Assembly (NCBI GenBank): GCA_964641255.1
Contig: CAZXMM010000001.1
Span: 601,984 to 665,983 of the forward strand
Reading direction: 5' to 3'
From: an uncultured Gammaproteobacteria bacterium
GTDB lineage: Bacteria; Patescibacteriota; Microgenomatia; JAMCZE01
DNA length: 64,000 bases
Shown piece after piece: positions 1-9,900 of this stretch (its first letter is position 1; the number at the start of each line of letters is the position of its first letter). The translations under genes were made by a program, and so were the position numbers. The notes under the pieces are model-generated. The model searched no databases, had not been told where the DNA came from, and saw only the letters and a program-made list of their open reading frames with translations.

Positions 1-438
1 TTTTCCTTCCTTTAATAAAAAGTAAACATCCACATAATCTCGCCATTTACCCCGGAAACCAATGGTTGTAGCCTTGTTGCTGGCCAGATCACGTAAGTCT
101 AGTAAATCGATTGCTTCCATAGACACAACCGGAAACCGAGGTTTGGCTGTGTCGTAGAAAAAGGTTACTAACACTTTCTCCGGAGTGATTAGGTTGATTT
201 GCTCTGGGGTATTTAGCGTTTGGACCGACTTTTGACCAAAAACACTCCTAGCTCTTTGAAGAAGGGTGTATTGGAGGGGGTCGTTTAGAAATATATCAAA
301 GTCGTAGGACCTACGGTGATTGATTTGCAGGGCAATAGCAGTTCCACCACCGAGGCTACCAATATCTCGAAAAGCTCTCAGTTTCTGAAAAACCGCCTGA
401 CGGTTATTGTCCAATATATCTTCGAAGGGTGCGAACAT
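1..438 (-). CDS. AbiEii/AbiGii-family nucleotidyltransferase toxin (3' end outside window)
   Basis: Not in ORF track; manual translation from ATG at 438 gives MFAPFEDILDNNRQAVFQKLRAFRDIGSLGGGTAIALQINHRRSYDFDIF (GGTA.L...HR.S.D.D.F motif); overlaps the upstream gene. Confidence 0.85.
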   Translation of the reverse strand, partial: MFAPFEDILDNNRQAVFQKLRAFRDIGSLGGGTAIALQINHRRSYDFDIFLNDPLQYTLLQRARSVFGQKSVQTLNTPEQINLITPEKVLVTFFYDTAKPRFPVVSMEAIDLLDLRDLASNKATTIGFRGKWRDYVDVYFLLKEGK

Positions 439-703
439 AGTTTGTGGGATTAATGTTGACGTCTGCCAACTTTAAAAAATAATTCTTAATAAAGTTAAAC
501 GAGGCGGGAACGTAGTCTTTGGCCGGGGAGTTTATAAAAACTTTTTGGAGCTCTGCTAGCGAGTAGGTTTTTCTTAGCCAATGTAAGTGTTCGCGGGTAC
601 CATATGCCAGCACTTGATGAATGATGTAGGGCTTGTCCTTGTGCAGATCAAGCTTGTCAACATTAACGCTCCAAAGAATAGGTTGGAGACTGTCCGGAAT
701 CAT
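404..703 (-). CDS. Putative antitoxin partner of AbiEii (DUF6922-like)
   Basis: 99 aa with LWS..D..D..YII.QVL.YG motif, directly upstream of and overlapping the AbiEii gene. Confidence 0.7.
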   Translation of the reverse strand: MIPDSLQPILWSVNVDKLDLHKDKPYIIHQVLAYGTREHLHWLRKTYSLAELQKVFINSPAKDYVPASFNFIKNYFLKLADVNINPTNYVRTLRRYIGQ

Positions 704-738
704 GGGTAAATTATAACATTTCGTGTATCATAACATCT

Positions 739-2319
739 ATGGTTTGGCATAAGACCCTGCGCACACTAATTTTGGTAGTGCTGGTTGTTCTTTTTTTCGC
801 TCTACAGCTCTTTTTTGTGCTCAAAAAGAGCCAGACGCTGAGTTTTAGTGATGAAAGCGAACATTTGACCCAAGGAGCAGCCGTGCTTAATAGTCAGCGG
901 CGGCTGTACGTTGATCTCTCTACCAATCATCAACCACTACCTATTTTGGCTGCCATTCCAATTATTAGCCTGTCTCCGCCAGCCAATCTGTTCATGACGA
1001 TTGAGCGCACGAGACAACTAATGTGGCTTTTTTCCTTGATTGGCGCAGTAGCCCTTACCCTGCGATTTAAGTGGACGGGACTACTAGCAACAATTCTTTT
1101 GGAAACGAGTAAGTTTTATCTTTTGGGTTTTTACATTTTGGCCGAGTCTCTAGTTCTTTATCCCTTAATGTACCTGATGGGGATCTTACTGGAGTTGAGC
1201 TTGAAAAAAACTAAAACAACCACGTCATTCATTAGCGATTTGGCCTGGGGACTTGCCACCTTTATAGTAGCCTTTAGCTTATTACCGGCCTGGCCGTTTC
1301 TAGTCGCTGCCACCATCTGTTATTGTTACCTTACTAGATCGTGGCGCTCTTTAGTTATTACCGCTCTAAGCTTTTTTATACTAACTGGGCTGCTGTTTTC
1401 CTTGGTGTCTCCACTGGGCTGGTTGCAAGAAACTATTCTAAACAATTTCCACTATTTTTTACCTTACGAGACAACAATGACTGTAAGTTCTCTGACCGCT
1501 CTCGTCCTTTACCCTTTGCTTCATGTTGTTACCCCCGGTTCACTAGTCTCACAACTATATATAGTGCTAGTTGTTGTAAGCGCCGTCAGCCTAGTACTAC
1601 TTTACAAGAACACGACAAACAAACACAGTTTACTAGCCCTGGTTGGCGTGGGTTACGCTTTATTAATCCTTATCAACCCGAGGGTCACTGCGACCAATAT
1701 CGCCTTTTTTACCGCCTTTCATGCCCTACCGCAGCTAGCTGTGTTGTGTCTCCTAACGGTGGGACTCAGTTGGGAAGCTTTAGAAAGAGTTCACCGCACC
1801 CATTACTTTCGGACAGTAGCGGTTTTCTACTTTTTGGCTCTGGCCCTGTTTCTATTTAGCGCCACTCACTGGTGGCGGGAGAGCCTTAAGACTGACAAAC
1901 AAAATGATCATTTTATTGCCTACGGTCAAGAAGCATCAGCGGCCTTAGTGCTTACCACTCTCAAAAATTCTTCGGATACCTTGCTCGCGGGTCCGCAAAG
2001 TTTTTTGAATTTGGCTTCAGGGATTGCCCTGGCCAGTCGGCAAACCGCTTTTTTACCTTGGGCTCACCGCTCTGCCGCCTTACGACAAGAGTTTTTGGAG
2101 GTATTAACTTTAACCCCTCCCAGCTTTATCGCTTTTTCCGACCCCGGAAGTCCCTATTACCCTGACTTATTACCCCATTTGACCCAAAATTATGTGCAGT
2201 TTTATCGCAGTTTTGGGGGTTCGACTGGCCTTTACATTCGAAGGGACAGATTAACAAGTATTACTCCTGAGCAAAAAGCCCGGCTAGATTACTTACTTTA
2301 TACTCTTAGTGGCAATTGA
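739..2319 (+). CDS. Multi-pass membrane protein, GT-C-like glycosyltransferase
   Basis: 526 aa, many TM segments, DE motif and LY.D...NHQPL loop after the first TM helix. Confidence 0.6.
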   Translation: MVWHKTLRTLILVVLVVLFFALQLFFVLKKSQTLSFSDESEHLTQGAAVLNSQRRLYVDLSTNHQPLPILAAIPIISLSPPANLFMTIERTRQLMWLFSLIGAVALTLRFKWTGLLATILLETSKFYLLGFYILAESLVLYPLMYLMGILLELSLKKTKTTTSFISDLAWGLATFIVAFSLLPAWPFLVAATICYCYLTRSWRSLVITALSFFILTGLLFSLVSPLGWLQETILNNFHYFLPYETTMTVSSLTALVLYPLLHVVTPGSLVSQLYIVLVVVSAVSLVLLYKNTTNKHSLLALVGVGYALLILINPRVTATNIAFFTAFHALPQLAVLCLLTVGLSWEALERVHRTHYFRTVAVFYFLALALFLFSATHWWRESLKTDKQNDHFIAYGQEASAALVLTTLKNSSDTLLAGPQSFLNLASGIALASRQTAFLPWAHRSAALRQEFLEVLTLTPPSFIAFSDPGSPYYPDLLPHLTQNYVQFYRSFGGSTGLYIRRDRLTSITPEQKARLDYLLYTLSGN

Positions 2320-2346
2320 GGCGTCTTGGGAAGTATAATGGGCTAG

Positions 2347-2787
2347 ATGGAGACCTCATTAGTACTTATTGGCGCAGGAATCAGCCTAGCAGTTTTGGAG
2401 CTGGCTTTAGGAGGGGCTAGTGGTTTTGATTTACTGCTGGTAGGACTTGCTCTGGCTCTTGGGGGGTTGGTAGGTCAAATTACCGGTAACGAGCAATTGG
2501 GCCTTCTCATCGCTACTCTTCTTACCCTCCTGTACTTTTTTCTACTGCGAAAAATTGTTCGAGAGCGACTAAATGTAACTAAAGAGGTCAGCAATATTGA
2601 CTTAGTTCTGGATAAGCGGGGAATAGTGACAAAAGAAATTGGCCCAGACACTGCTGGGCAGGTAAAAGTGGGGGCTGAAGTTTGGCGCGCCGAGAGTAAA
2701 AGTAGAATTGACACCTTAAAAAAAGGTGAGACAATCAAAGTGGTCAGCGTTTCCGGGGTAACTTTAATTGTCGAGAAAACCAAATAG
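2347..2787 (+). CDS. NfeD-family protein
   Basis: N-terminal TM helices plus GQVKVGAEVWRAES OB-fold motif; adjacent to SPFH gene. Confidence 0.9.
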   Translation: METSLVLIGAGISLAVLELALGGASGFDLLLVGLALALGGLVGQITGNEQLGLLIATLLTLLYFFLLRKIVRERLNVTKEVSNIDLVLDKRGIVTKEIGPDTAGQVKVGAEVWRAESKSRIDTLKKGETIKVVSVSGVTLIVEKTK

Positions 2788-2789
2788 CT

Positions 2790-3638
2790 ATGACACTGGA
2801 TACTTTAATTCTCATCGTTACCGTTATTATTGGTTCCATTGTCCTACTGCGCTCGGTACGGATTGTCAATCAGTACGAAAAAGGGGTAATTTTGCGACTG
2901 GGGCGCTACCGTTCCACTGTCGACTCTGGCGTCTCCCTAGTCCTTCCATTTATTGAGAGCATCATCATGGTCGATATGCGGGAAAAGGTTATTATGGTCG
3001 AGCCGCAGCAGGTAATTACTAAAGATAACGTGACTGTGATGGTCGATGCGGTAATCTATGTTAAGGTGGTCGATCCCGTTAAGGCCGAGTTTGAAGTTCA
3101 GGATTTTGGTCTAGCGGCCACCACTCTAGCTCAAACTAATTTGCGCAATTTAATTGGGGATAAGACACTGGATGAGACTTTAATTGCTAGAGACTCAATT
3201 AACGCTAATCTGCGTGACGTTTTGGACGAGGCTACTCACGGTTGGGGTGTCAAGGTGACCAGAGTCGAGGTCCAGCGCATTGATCCGCCAGCTGATATTA
3301 CTGAGGCAATGAGTGGCCAAATGAAAGCCGAGCGGGAAAAACGGGCTTTAATTTTGGAAGCCGAAGGTATTCGTCAAAGTGAAATCAATAAAGCCGAGGG
3401 TGAGGCCCAAGCAAGGATTTTGCGGGCCGACTCTGAAGCTAAAGCGATTCAAAAAGTGGCTGAAGCCGCCGAGAAATATTTCACTGAGCGCCCCCAAATC
3501 CTCAAAAAACTTGAAGTGGCCTCCACAGTGTTAGCGGACAACACTAAGTGGGTCCTTCCCGCCGATTCTGACCTCGTTAATATTCTCAATTTAAGTGAGG
3601 AAAAAATTGTCCCCATCGAGAGGAACAAGAAAACTTAA
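2790..3638 (+). CDS. SPFH/band-7 (stomatin/QmcA-like) protein
   Basis: QYEKGVILRLG, ITKDNVTV.VD, WGVKVTRVE, AERE.RA.IL.AEG motifs. Confidence 0.95.
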   Translation: MTLDTLILIVTVIIGSIVLLRSVRIVNQYEKGVILRLGRYRSTVDSGVSLVLPFIESIIMVDMREKVIMVEPQQVITKDNVTVMVDAVIYVKVVDPVKAEFEVQDFGLAATTLAQTNLRNLIGDKTLDETLIARDSINANLRDVLDEATHGWGVKVTRVEVQRIDPPADITEAMSGQMKAEREKRALILEAEGIRQSEINKAEGEAQARILRADSEAKAIQKVAEAAEKYFTERPQILKKLEVASTVLADNTKWVLPADSDLVNILNLSEEKIVPIERNKKT

Positions 3639-4282
3639 AGTCGGCTGCCACCAAAGATCAGGTTTGACTCCTTACCGTTTACTCCAATTCCCACATGAGA
3701 CCAATCAGAGGAGAGCTGGTTATCATCGTGTGGTTTATCGCCCGCAAACACCCATTCAATCAAATGAACTCCCGTCATCCGGTAGCCATAGGCGGAGTTT
3801 TCTCCCAACTTGGTAAATCCCAGCTTGGTAAAATTATCTTCGTTTTGTAAAAAGGTGTTAAAGCCGGCGTGACCGTCCAAACTACCCAGGATAGTAAAGT
3901 ATTTGGCACGCTCAAGAGCATAAGCAGCCAAATTATCACTCCAGGCTAAGGGCAGTCTCCCCTTGGCTGCCCGGTAACTATTTAGGGCACTAAAAATCTC
4001 CTGGGGAGTAGCCATGTGCTCATCCGGCTCCAATTTTATTGTCCAGGTGTGTTCGTCGAGTTGTTTCGCCACCCCCCAAGGGCCAGGGTCAGTGGCTAAC
4101 AGCCTTGGCATAGCCGCCTTGGTGGCTACTGGGGCCTCGTTAACTACCATAAAACTAGCGGTATTTAGGGTGGGGGCTGGGGTCGGGGGTAAAAAATTCT
4201 GGTGCCAAAAATTACTGAGGAGTAAAAAGGCGCTAAGTAAGAGGGCCGCGATACTATTTAGTAGCTCATTAACTAAGGACAT
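3635..4282 (-). CDS. CAP (SCP) domain secreted protein
   Basis: LNSYRA, H, GEN and H..N.L...W.HVGIG motifs; N-terminal hydrophobic segment. Confidence 0.85.
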   Translation of the reverse strand: MSLVNELLNSIAALLLSAFLLLSNFWHQNFLPPTPAPTLNTASFMVVNEAPVATKAAMPRLLATDPGPWGVAKQLDEHTWTIKLEPDEHMATPQEIFSALNSYRAAKGRLPLAWSDNLAAYALERAKYFTILGSLDGHAGFNTFLQNEDNFTKLGFTKLGENSAYGYRMTGVHLIEWVFAGDKPHDDNQLSSDWSHVGIGVNGKESNLIFGGSRL

Positions 4283-4397
4283 AGCTCATTAAATTATAGC
4301 GGATAAAAGGAATAGGCAGTTTTGCAATTAGAAATAGGCTGTAGCGGCAGGTTACAAGAGGGCGGGACAGTACCACAAAAAATAGTTGACTAAAATA

Positions 4398-4982
4398 TTA
4401 AGTGCAGTTTTTACTGTCAAACACAGTAAAATCGTGGAGATCCTTGTCCCTTACGGTATGACCATCCTTATGAAATGCCTTTTTTAGTGCAATAGCTAAT
4501 TCGGGTCGCATGACGTGGACAAGATGTCCCCCCCACTTAACCAAAGTAAATTCTTCATCCCAGGTTTTCTCCCAATTATCTTTCTGTCCGGTTTCGCTAC
4601 TGTACAACGTTTTATCACTATTAACACCAATTGAATAAAAGTCCGCTGAGAAGCAGTCTAGGGGATCCTTGCCATCAAAGGTGGAGTCTGGTGAGTGAGC
4701 AATAAAAGCTTTACTGGGGTCTTTTATCTCCTCATTGGTGCCAAGGATGTAGCCTTTCTTTAGAAACCAGTCTTGCCAAAAGGGAATATCTTCTTGTAAG
4801 GGAGCAATGTCAAGGTCGTCGTGATTTCTGGTCAAAAGCTCGTCTCCCCGCTGGGCAGCTGCTGCTAGTTCTAGGGCCAAGCCGCCAACCACAGCCACTT
4901 TTTTACCGGCCTGTTGGGCGGACAGTAAAATCTCTTCGAGTAAGTCTAAAATCCTTAAGGTCTTTTGGTTGGGAGTAAACAT
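4398..4982 (-). CDS. Nucleotidyltransferase (aminoglycoside/lincosamide adenylyltransferase-like fold)
   Basis: VVGGLA...TRNHDDLDI and C-terminal RDKD.HD motifs. Confidence 0.7.
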   Translation of the reverse strand: MFTPNQKTLRILDLLEEILLSAQQAGKKVAVVGGLALELAAAAQRGDELLTRNHDDLDIAPLQEDIPFWQDWFLKKGYILGTNEEIKDPSKAFIAHSPDSTFDGKDPLDCFSADFYSIGVNSDKTLYSSETGQKDNWEKTWDEEFTLVKWGGHLVHVMRPELAIALKKAFHKDGHTVRDKDLHDFTVFDSKNCT

Positions 4983-5060
4983 GCCTTATCTTATCAAAAG
5001 TCCAAATCAGGGCTGAGGATTATTGTTATAGAAGCTCTGCTTGTGCCTAATTTTTACTAG

Positions 5061-5131
5061 CTGCGGGACATGGATTCGAACCATGATAGAAGGCTCCAAA
5101 AACCTTCGTCCTACCGTTAGACGATCCCGCA
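5061..5131 (-). tRNA. tRNA-Gln(TTG)
   Basis: TGCGGGA/TCCCGCA acceptor stem, anticodon loop TTTTGGA, GGTTCGAATCC T arm; CCA not encoded. Confidence 0.93.
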
Positions 5132-5812
5132 TTGTGAACATATTCCCTTGACCCAACCCACCACCTGTCTATTTAGAGTACTACTAGCCGCCACTTTTAT
5201 CCTTAATAAGCCATTATATGTGTTTTCGCGGTTTTTTCTATTAGAATTAATATTTCCGTGCTTATAGTAGACTCTCGAGATTGTTGAAAGTGGCCTATTA
5301 ATAGCCTTTGACCAGTAAGCCCGGACAGCATTTACTCGATATGCGTGGGTGTCGTGTAAATAGATTTCGAATTTTATACGATCGGTTTCTACGTGAACAC
5401 ACTCAACTAGCCAGCGCAGAAAGAGCGCAAGCATTTTGGGATCTGAGTTTGTAAATATCATCCCCCGACCTGGTAGATAAGCCTTGTCCTTTGAACCCTC
5501 AGCCCAATAAAGAATAACTCCAATAAGCCATAGGTCACTATTATTTAGTGGCCGCACCTCTGTTGCGGCTTTGTCGATAATGGATTTTACCAGGTCTATT
5601 CGATGTTGCTTTTTTACCTGTGCCCCCTTTATAGCGGACGCTACTTGTAACTGTGCGAGTCTATGCTTGTGCGCTGGAGATAATTTAACCGAACGTAACC
5701 ATAAAGAGAGAGAAGCCTTAGATGCCTTAACCTCCCTGCTAATTTCTGAGTAAGATAAGCCCAGTGATCGCAGTCCGATGGCTTTCTGTTTTTCTTTTAC
5801 CTTAGAATTCAT
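5117..5812 (-). CDS. HTH + LAGLIDADG-like protein abutting a tRNA 5' end
   Basis: GLSYSEIS...SLSLWL HTH, GVILYWAEGSK and FTNSDP motifs; likely start at ATG 5812; stop codon lies inside tRNA-Gln. Confidence 0.65.
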   Translation of the reverse strand: MNSKVKEKQKAIGLRSLGLSYSEISREVKASKASLSLWLRSVKLSPAHKHRLAQLQVASAIKGAQVKKQHRIDLVKSIIDKAATEVRPLNNSDLWLIGVILYWAEGSKDKAYLPGRGMIFTNSDPKMLALFLRWLVECVHVETDRIKFEIYLHDTHAYRVNAVRAYWSKAINRPLSTISRVYYKHGNINSNRKNRENTYNGLLRIKVAASSTLNRQVVGWVKGICSQCGIV

Positions 5813-5991
5813 GTGAACATTGGTAAGTATTCCTACGATATAAGGTAGCGGTTCGAGTGTCAATGAACTAATAACATACTTTGATTTTGACTTTTTTATA
5901 TTTGTTCTGGGCAACAAAAAGTGTGGGCCAAGTCCATTTTTCAATATTCAGTCTTTGCGAAAACTGCAAATAGGTCTAGAATAATATCAGT

Positions 5992-6879
5992 ATGAAAAAA
6001 ATTACTAAAGCCGTGATTCCCGCCGCCGGCTTTGGCACCCGGTTTCTCCCTCAAACCAAGGCAATTCCCAAGGAAATGATGCCCATTATTGATAAGCCCG
6101 TCATTCAATATATTGTTGAGGAGCTAGTAGAGCAGGGGATTGAGACAATCATAATTGTTACTGGTTTTTACAAACGCGCTATTGAGGATCACTTTGATAA
6201 CGTTTTTGAATTAGAGCAAAAACTGCATGAGGCCGGCAAGCACGCTGAGCTGGAAAAGGTGCGCAAAATTGCTGATTTAGCCGAGTTCATTTACATTCGT
6301 CAAAAAGGGCTTACAGGTAACGCCACTCCGATCCTTAATGCCAAATCAGTAATTGGGGACGATCCCTTTATCTGGGCCTGGGGAGACGAACTTTTGGAGG
6401 CCAATCCTCCGCGAATTAAGCAGCTCCTCGACGCCTACGAAACTTTTGGTGCAACTATTGTGGGTGGCATTATGACTAGCGATGACGCGGCTTTTAAAAA
6501 ATATGGTTACGCCTCAGGCAAGCAGATTGACCCCAATTCCTACCGCTTGGATAAAATCATCGAAAAGCCCGGCAAGGAACTCGCTCCTTCTAACTTAGCC
6601 ATGATGGGTGGGGGAATTTACACCTCTGATATTTTCGCCGCCCTGGAAGAAAGCGCCCATTTAGTTCCACCAGGCGAGGAGTTTGTCTACACCTACGGAG
6701 TACAAAAACTGCTTGAGAAGGGCATTCCGGTTTATGCCCGGGTTATTAGTGACGCCACCCACTACGACTGTGGTAACAAACTGGAGTACTTAAAAACTGT
6801 AGTTGAGTTTGCCCTTAAAAGAGAGGATTTAGGCCAGGATTTTAAGAGTTACCTTAAAAGATACTTAAACACTCTTTAG
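5992..6879 (+). CDS. galU: UTP--glucose-1-phosphate uridylyltransferase
   Basis: KAVIPAAGFGTRFLPQTKAIPKEM, IIEKP and YDCGNKLEY motifs. Confidence 0.93.
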   Translation: MKKITKAVIPAAGFGTRFLPQTKAIPKEMMPIIDKPVIQYIVEELVEQGIETIIIVTGFYKRAIEDHFDNVFELEQKLHEAGKHAELEKVRKIADLAEFIYIRQKGLTGNATPILNAKSVIGDDPFIWAWGDELLEANPPRIKQLLDAYETFGATIVGGIMTSDDAAFKKYGYASGKQIDPNSYRLDKIIEKPGKELAPSNLAMMGGGIYTSDIFAALEESAHLVPPGEEFVYTYGVQKLLEKGIPVYARVISDATHYDCGNKLEYLKTVVEFALKREDLGQDFKSYLKRYLNTL

Positions 6880-6888
6880 TAGAAATCC

Positions 6889-9354
6889 ATGAATAAGCGC
6901 GTTGGGTTTGGACTCTTAGCCATAATTTTATTAATAGGTTCAATCTTTGTTTTAGGACTGACGCTATTTGTTTTAGGTAAAGACGTCCGACTGTTTAATA
7001 AAGCGGCCAGCAACCAGACTAGCTCTACTGTTAATAAAAGAGTCCAACTCCTCATTATTAATCCCTATTGGCCCGACCAGGGAAAAAAACTTATTGATTA
7101 TTACCGTAGCATTGGTTGGAAGTTCTATGATCCAGTGGATTTAACAAATGGCATTATCTCACGACTTCGGACAGTCAGCGGTGATTATGTAAATTATTCT
7201 ATAGCCGAAGTTAAGGAAATTGATATACCCAGAGCCCGAGACGGACACACTTATCATCCCTCTGAAGTAGCAAATTGTCTCCGAGATAGTGCATACTGCT
7301 ATACTGGAGCAGATAATCGCACCGATTATGCTCAGATATTAATTGACAATCAGTCTTGCGAGAAAAGAAACTTAGGAGAGATAGATGAAGTTTGGATCTG
7401 GGACGATGGAGCTGGGGCACCGCACGGGTTAGAATGGCTAATAGTCGGACGTGGCGCTTGGAGTGAAAACAATCCTGGTATTCATTTTAATGACAGGATT
7501 TCCTGTACTCGACCTTTACCCATCATGAATTTTAATTATCGAGTACCGATTGCTAGCGCTTTCCACTCGTTTGGCCACAGAGTAGAACTAGCTCTTTCAA
7601 GTGTATTCGGTTATGAGTTACTTGACGGCTATTGGGGGCCATATTTTGGAATATTTTCAACTCAGGAGGGGCTAAACCTATTTTCTGACTTTGGGATAAT
7701 TGATAAGTCTCTTTCCACTAGGGCCCGTTGTGGAAATGTGCATTTCCCACCGAACGCCAATTTCGACTCTGACTACGGTAATTACACTACTGTACAATCA
7801 GCCTGTAATAGTTTTTGTAATTTCCAAAATTTAGCTAATCCTTTATTTGAATCTGTTAACCAAAGTACATGGCTCGGTGAATTTAATTCCAATCTTTTAT
7901 CTACCTCTGAACTGGGTTATCAGACCTGGTGGCTACAGCATCTCCCAAAAGCCGCGGGAAAAACCAATGGTATCTTGAATAATTGGTGGAAATATGTTGT
8001 TGACTACGAAAATGCTCTTAATGATCCTGGTTTGGAAGGAGCTCCTAACGCCTACAATAGCTGTGTTGCCCCAATTACCCACGCTTGCGGCGATTTTGTC
8101 TGTTCTAGCGATGAATCCTGTTCTAGTTGTCCAAATGATTGTGGAGCTTGCTCGAATTCACCCTCCGGCCAGGAATCTACTAGCTCATTTAGCTCGCTAT
8201 CAGAATGCAAAATTGACATTTGGAGTCCCAACCGAGAAGCGAGAGTGGGCGATTATGTCCGCTATAAAATTAACTCTTACAAAGAGGGTGGTACCTTGGT
8301 AAATTATTCCACCAATGGCTCGTGTAATACAGCCACAGCCGGACCAGGTGACGATGTTGATGGTATTCCCCTCTGTTTTCGGACGATGGATCGGCAGGCT
8401 AGTTGCGGGGGCCACGCCCAGGTCACCAGCTCCGGCACGTGTTATATTCAAGCCTATTTTTCCAATGGTGAGCGCTGCCAGGCAGATATTGCCGTTCGAC
8501 CTGACAAGCTGCAAGTTAAAGTAGTCAAAAGTTCCGGGGGCAAATATACCCGTCCTTTTACTATTAGAGAGTTTTACTCTGCCGATTGCCCCAGTGGTTG
8601 TAATCAGAGCTGCTCTAATCCGGTGTGCCAAAATCGCAACGTGTTGTACGATCCTAATGGTTGCGGAGGAGTAGGTTGTGCCCAGTTTCCCGACTACACC
8701 CCGCAAGTTGGTTACCAGATCGGACCGTGTCGCAATTGTTCTGATTCTAGCAGTGTTAACTTACCGGCTAATCAAGTAGTAGCTAGTACAACTTGCGGCG
8801 AGTCGGATCGGCTGTGGACGCCCACTAGAGGAGGTGACAGTTGTACGATTACGATCGACGATGGGACAGGAACGTCGGTGCGGGGGTTTGTCTTCAAAGA
8901 CACTAACGGTAACGCGGTCTTCAATAACGAAGGCTTGTTAGGTAATATCAATATTGTTCTTTTTAAAGTGACCAGAGCTGGTTCAGACCGTGTCAGCCAA
9001 ACCGAATCGAGTAAAACTGGCAGCAGTAGTAATTTTCAATTTGGGGTGTCAGCTGAAGGCAATTATCAACTTAATCGGCCCAAATTACCGAGCGGTCGAA
9101 CTTTTATAAATTGTGGGGCCGTAATTCCTCCCAATCGGGGAAAAATTCCCAAAGACAACCACTATTTTTACTGCCAGGGTTTAAATGACAAGGGCAATAA
9201 ATACAAGCTGTTTATTAAAAAATGGACCCCAAGCGGAGAGCAGGCCTTTGTAGACGCGGGCAATAGTTTTAAGGTCCAGCGTGGTAAAACTGCCTACATT
9301 GACATTCCCACAGTTGAACTTAGTTCAGAATTAGGCCAACTAGAGTACGAGTAG
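6889..9354 (+). CDS. Large membrane-anchored Cys-rich surface protein with C-terminal SdrD-B-like domain
   Basis: N-terminal TM, CGD..C...E.C..C..DC repeat, GFVFKDTNGNAV motif. Confidence 0.6.
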   Translation: MNKRVGFGLLAIILLIGSIFVLGLTLFVLGKDVRLFNKAASNQTSSTVNKRVQLLIINPYWPDQGKKLIDYYRSIGWKFYDPVDLTNGIISRLRTVSGDYVNYSIAEVKEIDIPRARDGHTYHPSEVANCLRDSAYCYTGADNRTDYAQILIDNQSCEKRNLGEIDEVWIWDDGAGAPHGLEWLIVGRGAWSENNPGIHFNDRISCTRPLPIMNFNYRVPIASAFHSFGHRVELALSSVFGYELLDGYWGPYFGIFSTQEGLNLFSDFGIIDKSLSTRARCGNVHFPPNANFDSDYGNYTTVQSACNSFCNFQNLANPLFESVNQSTWLGEFNSNLLSTSELGYQTWWLQHLPKAAGKTNGILNNWWKYVVDYENALNDPGLEGAPNAYNSCVAPITHACGDFVCSSDESCSSCPNDCGACSNSPSGQESTSSFSSLSECKIDIWSPNREARVGDYVRYKINSYKEGGTLVNYSTNGSCNTATAGPGDDVDGIPLCFRTMDRQASCGGHAQVTSSGTCYIQAYFSNGERCQADIAVRPDKLQVKVVKSSGGKYTRPFTIREFYSADCPSGCNQSCSNPVCQNRNVLYDPNGCGGVGCAQFPDYTPQVGYQIGPCRNCSDSSSVNLPANQVVASTTCGESDRLWTPTRGGDSCTITIDDGTGTSVRGFVFKDTNGNAVFNNEGLLGNINIVLFKVTRAGSDRVSQTESSKTGSSSNFQFGVSAEGNYQLNRPKLPSGRTFINCGAVIPPNRGKIPKDNHYFYCQGLNDKGNKYKLFIKKWTPSGEQAFVDAGNSFKVQRGKTAYIDIPTVELSSELGQLEYE

Positions 9355-9364
9355 TGTTTGAGTC

Positions 9365-9438
9365 TGGTGGGCGATAAGGGAATCGAACCCCTGTGGCTGC
9401 GATGTAAACGCAGTGCTCTACCATTGAGCTAATCGCCC
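9365..9438 (-). tRNA. tRNA-Val(TAC)
   Basis: GGGCGAT/ATCGCCC acceptor stem, CTGCG-TTTACAT-CGCAG anticodon arm, CCA encoded. Confidence 0.95.
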
Positions 9439-9455
9439 CAAGGTTTTTAATTCAG

Positions 9456-9815
9456 CTAGACAACCTGTTCACAGGTGCCATCAAGATGAAGATAGTACCC
9501 CGTAACGATTAGGTCGGGGTATTTAGCCAAGATGGTATCCTTAGCAACTCCCAGGTCGGCGGCGTGTTTCTCGGGGGTACTTTCAACTCCATAGGCGCCA
9601 CACTCTTCGTGATGAATTAACACTATTTGCTTGACATCGTGAAGCCGGACGGAAATATCCACTTGCTTTAGGACAATCTCCAGGTCTTTACTGGCGCCAG
9701 CAAAACCTACCAAATCAAAGGTTTTATCCGGCAAGTTTTTATCGGTCCAAGCGCGGATAAACTTCTGAAAACGGAAGTCAATACAACAAACTACCAAAGC
9801 GTCACAAGTGTGCAT
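9456..9815 (-). CDS. Small beta-carbonic-anhydrase-like protein
   Basis: CIDFR and HEECGAY Zn motifs; likely start MHTCD at 9815. Confidence 0.8.
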   Translation of the reverse strand: MHTCDALVVCCIDFRFQKFIRAWTDKNLPDKTFDLVGFAGASKDLEIVLKQVDISVRLHDVKQIVLIHHEECGAYGVESTPEKHAADLGVAKDTILAKYPDLIVTGYYLHLDGTCEQVV

Positions 9816-9900
9816 GAAATAAATTATAGCACGAAAGCCTTGACAACATCCCCATTTCCGCCTAAACTCTCTTCTTGTCCCAATATTATGGGACGTTTTT

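Noticed and set aside
5848-5860. GGTTCGAG motif upstream of the LAGLIDADG-like gene
   Set aside because: Isolated short match in the opposite orientation to tRNA-Gln with no supporting structure.
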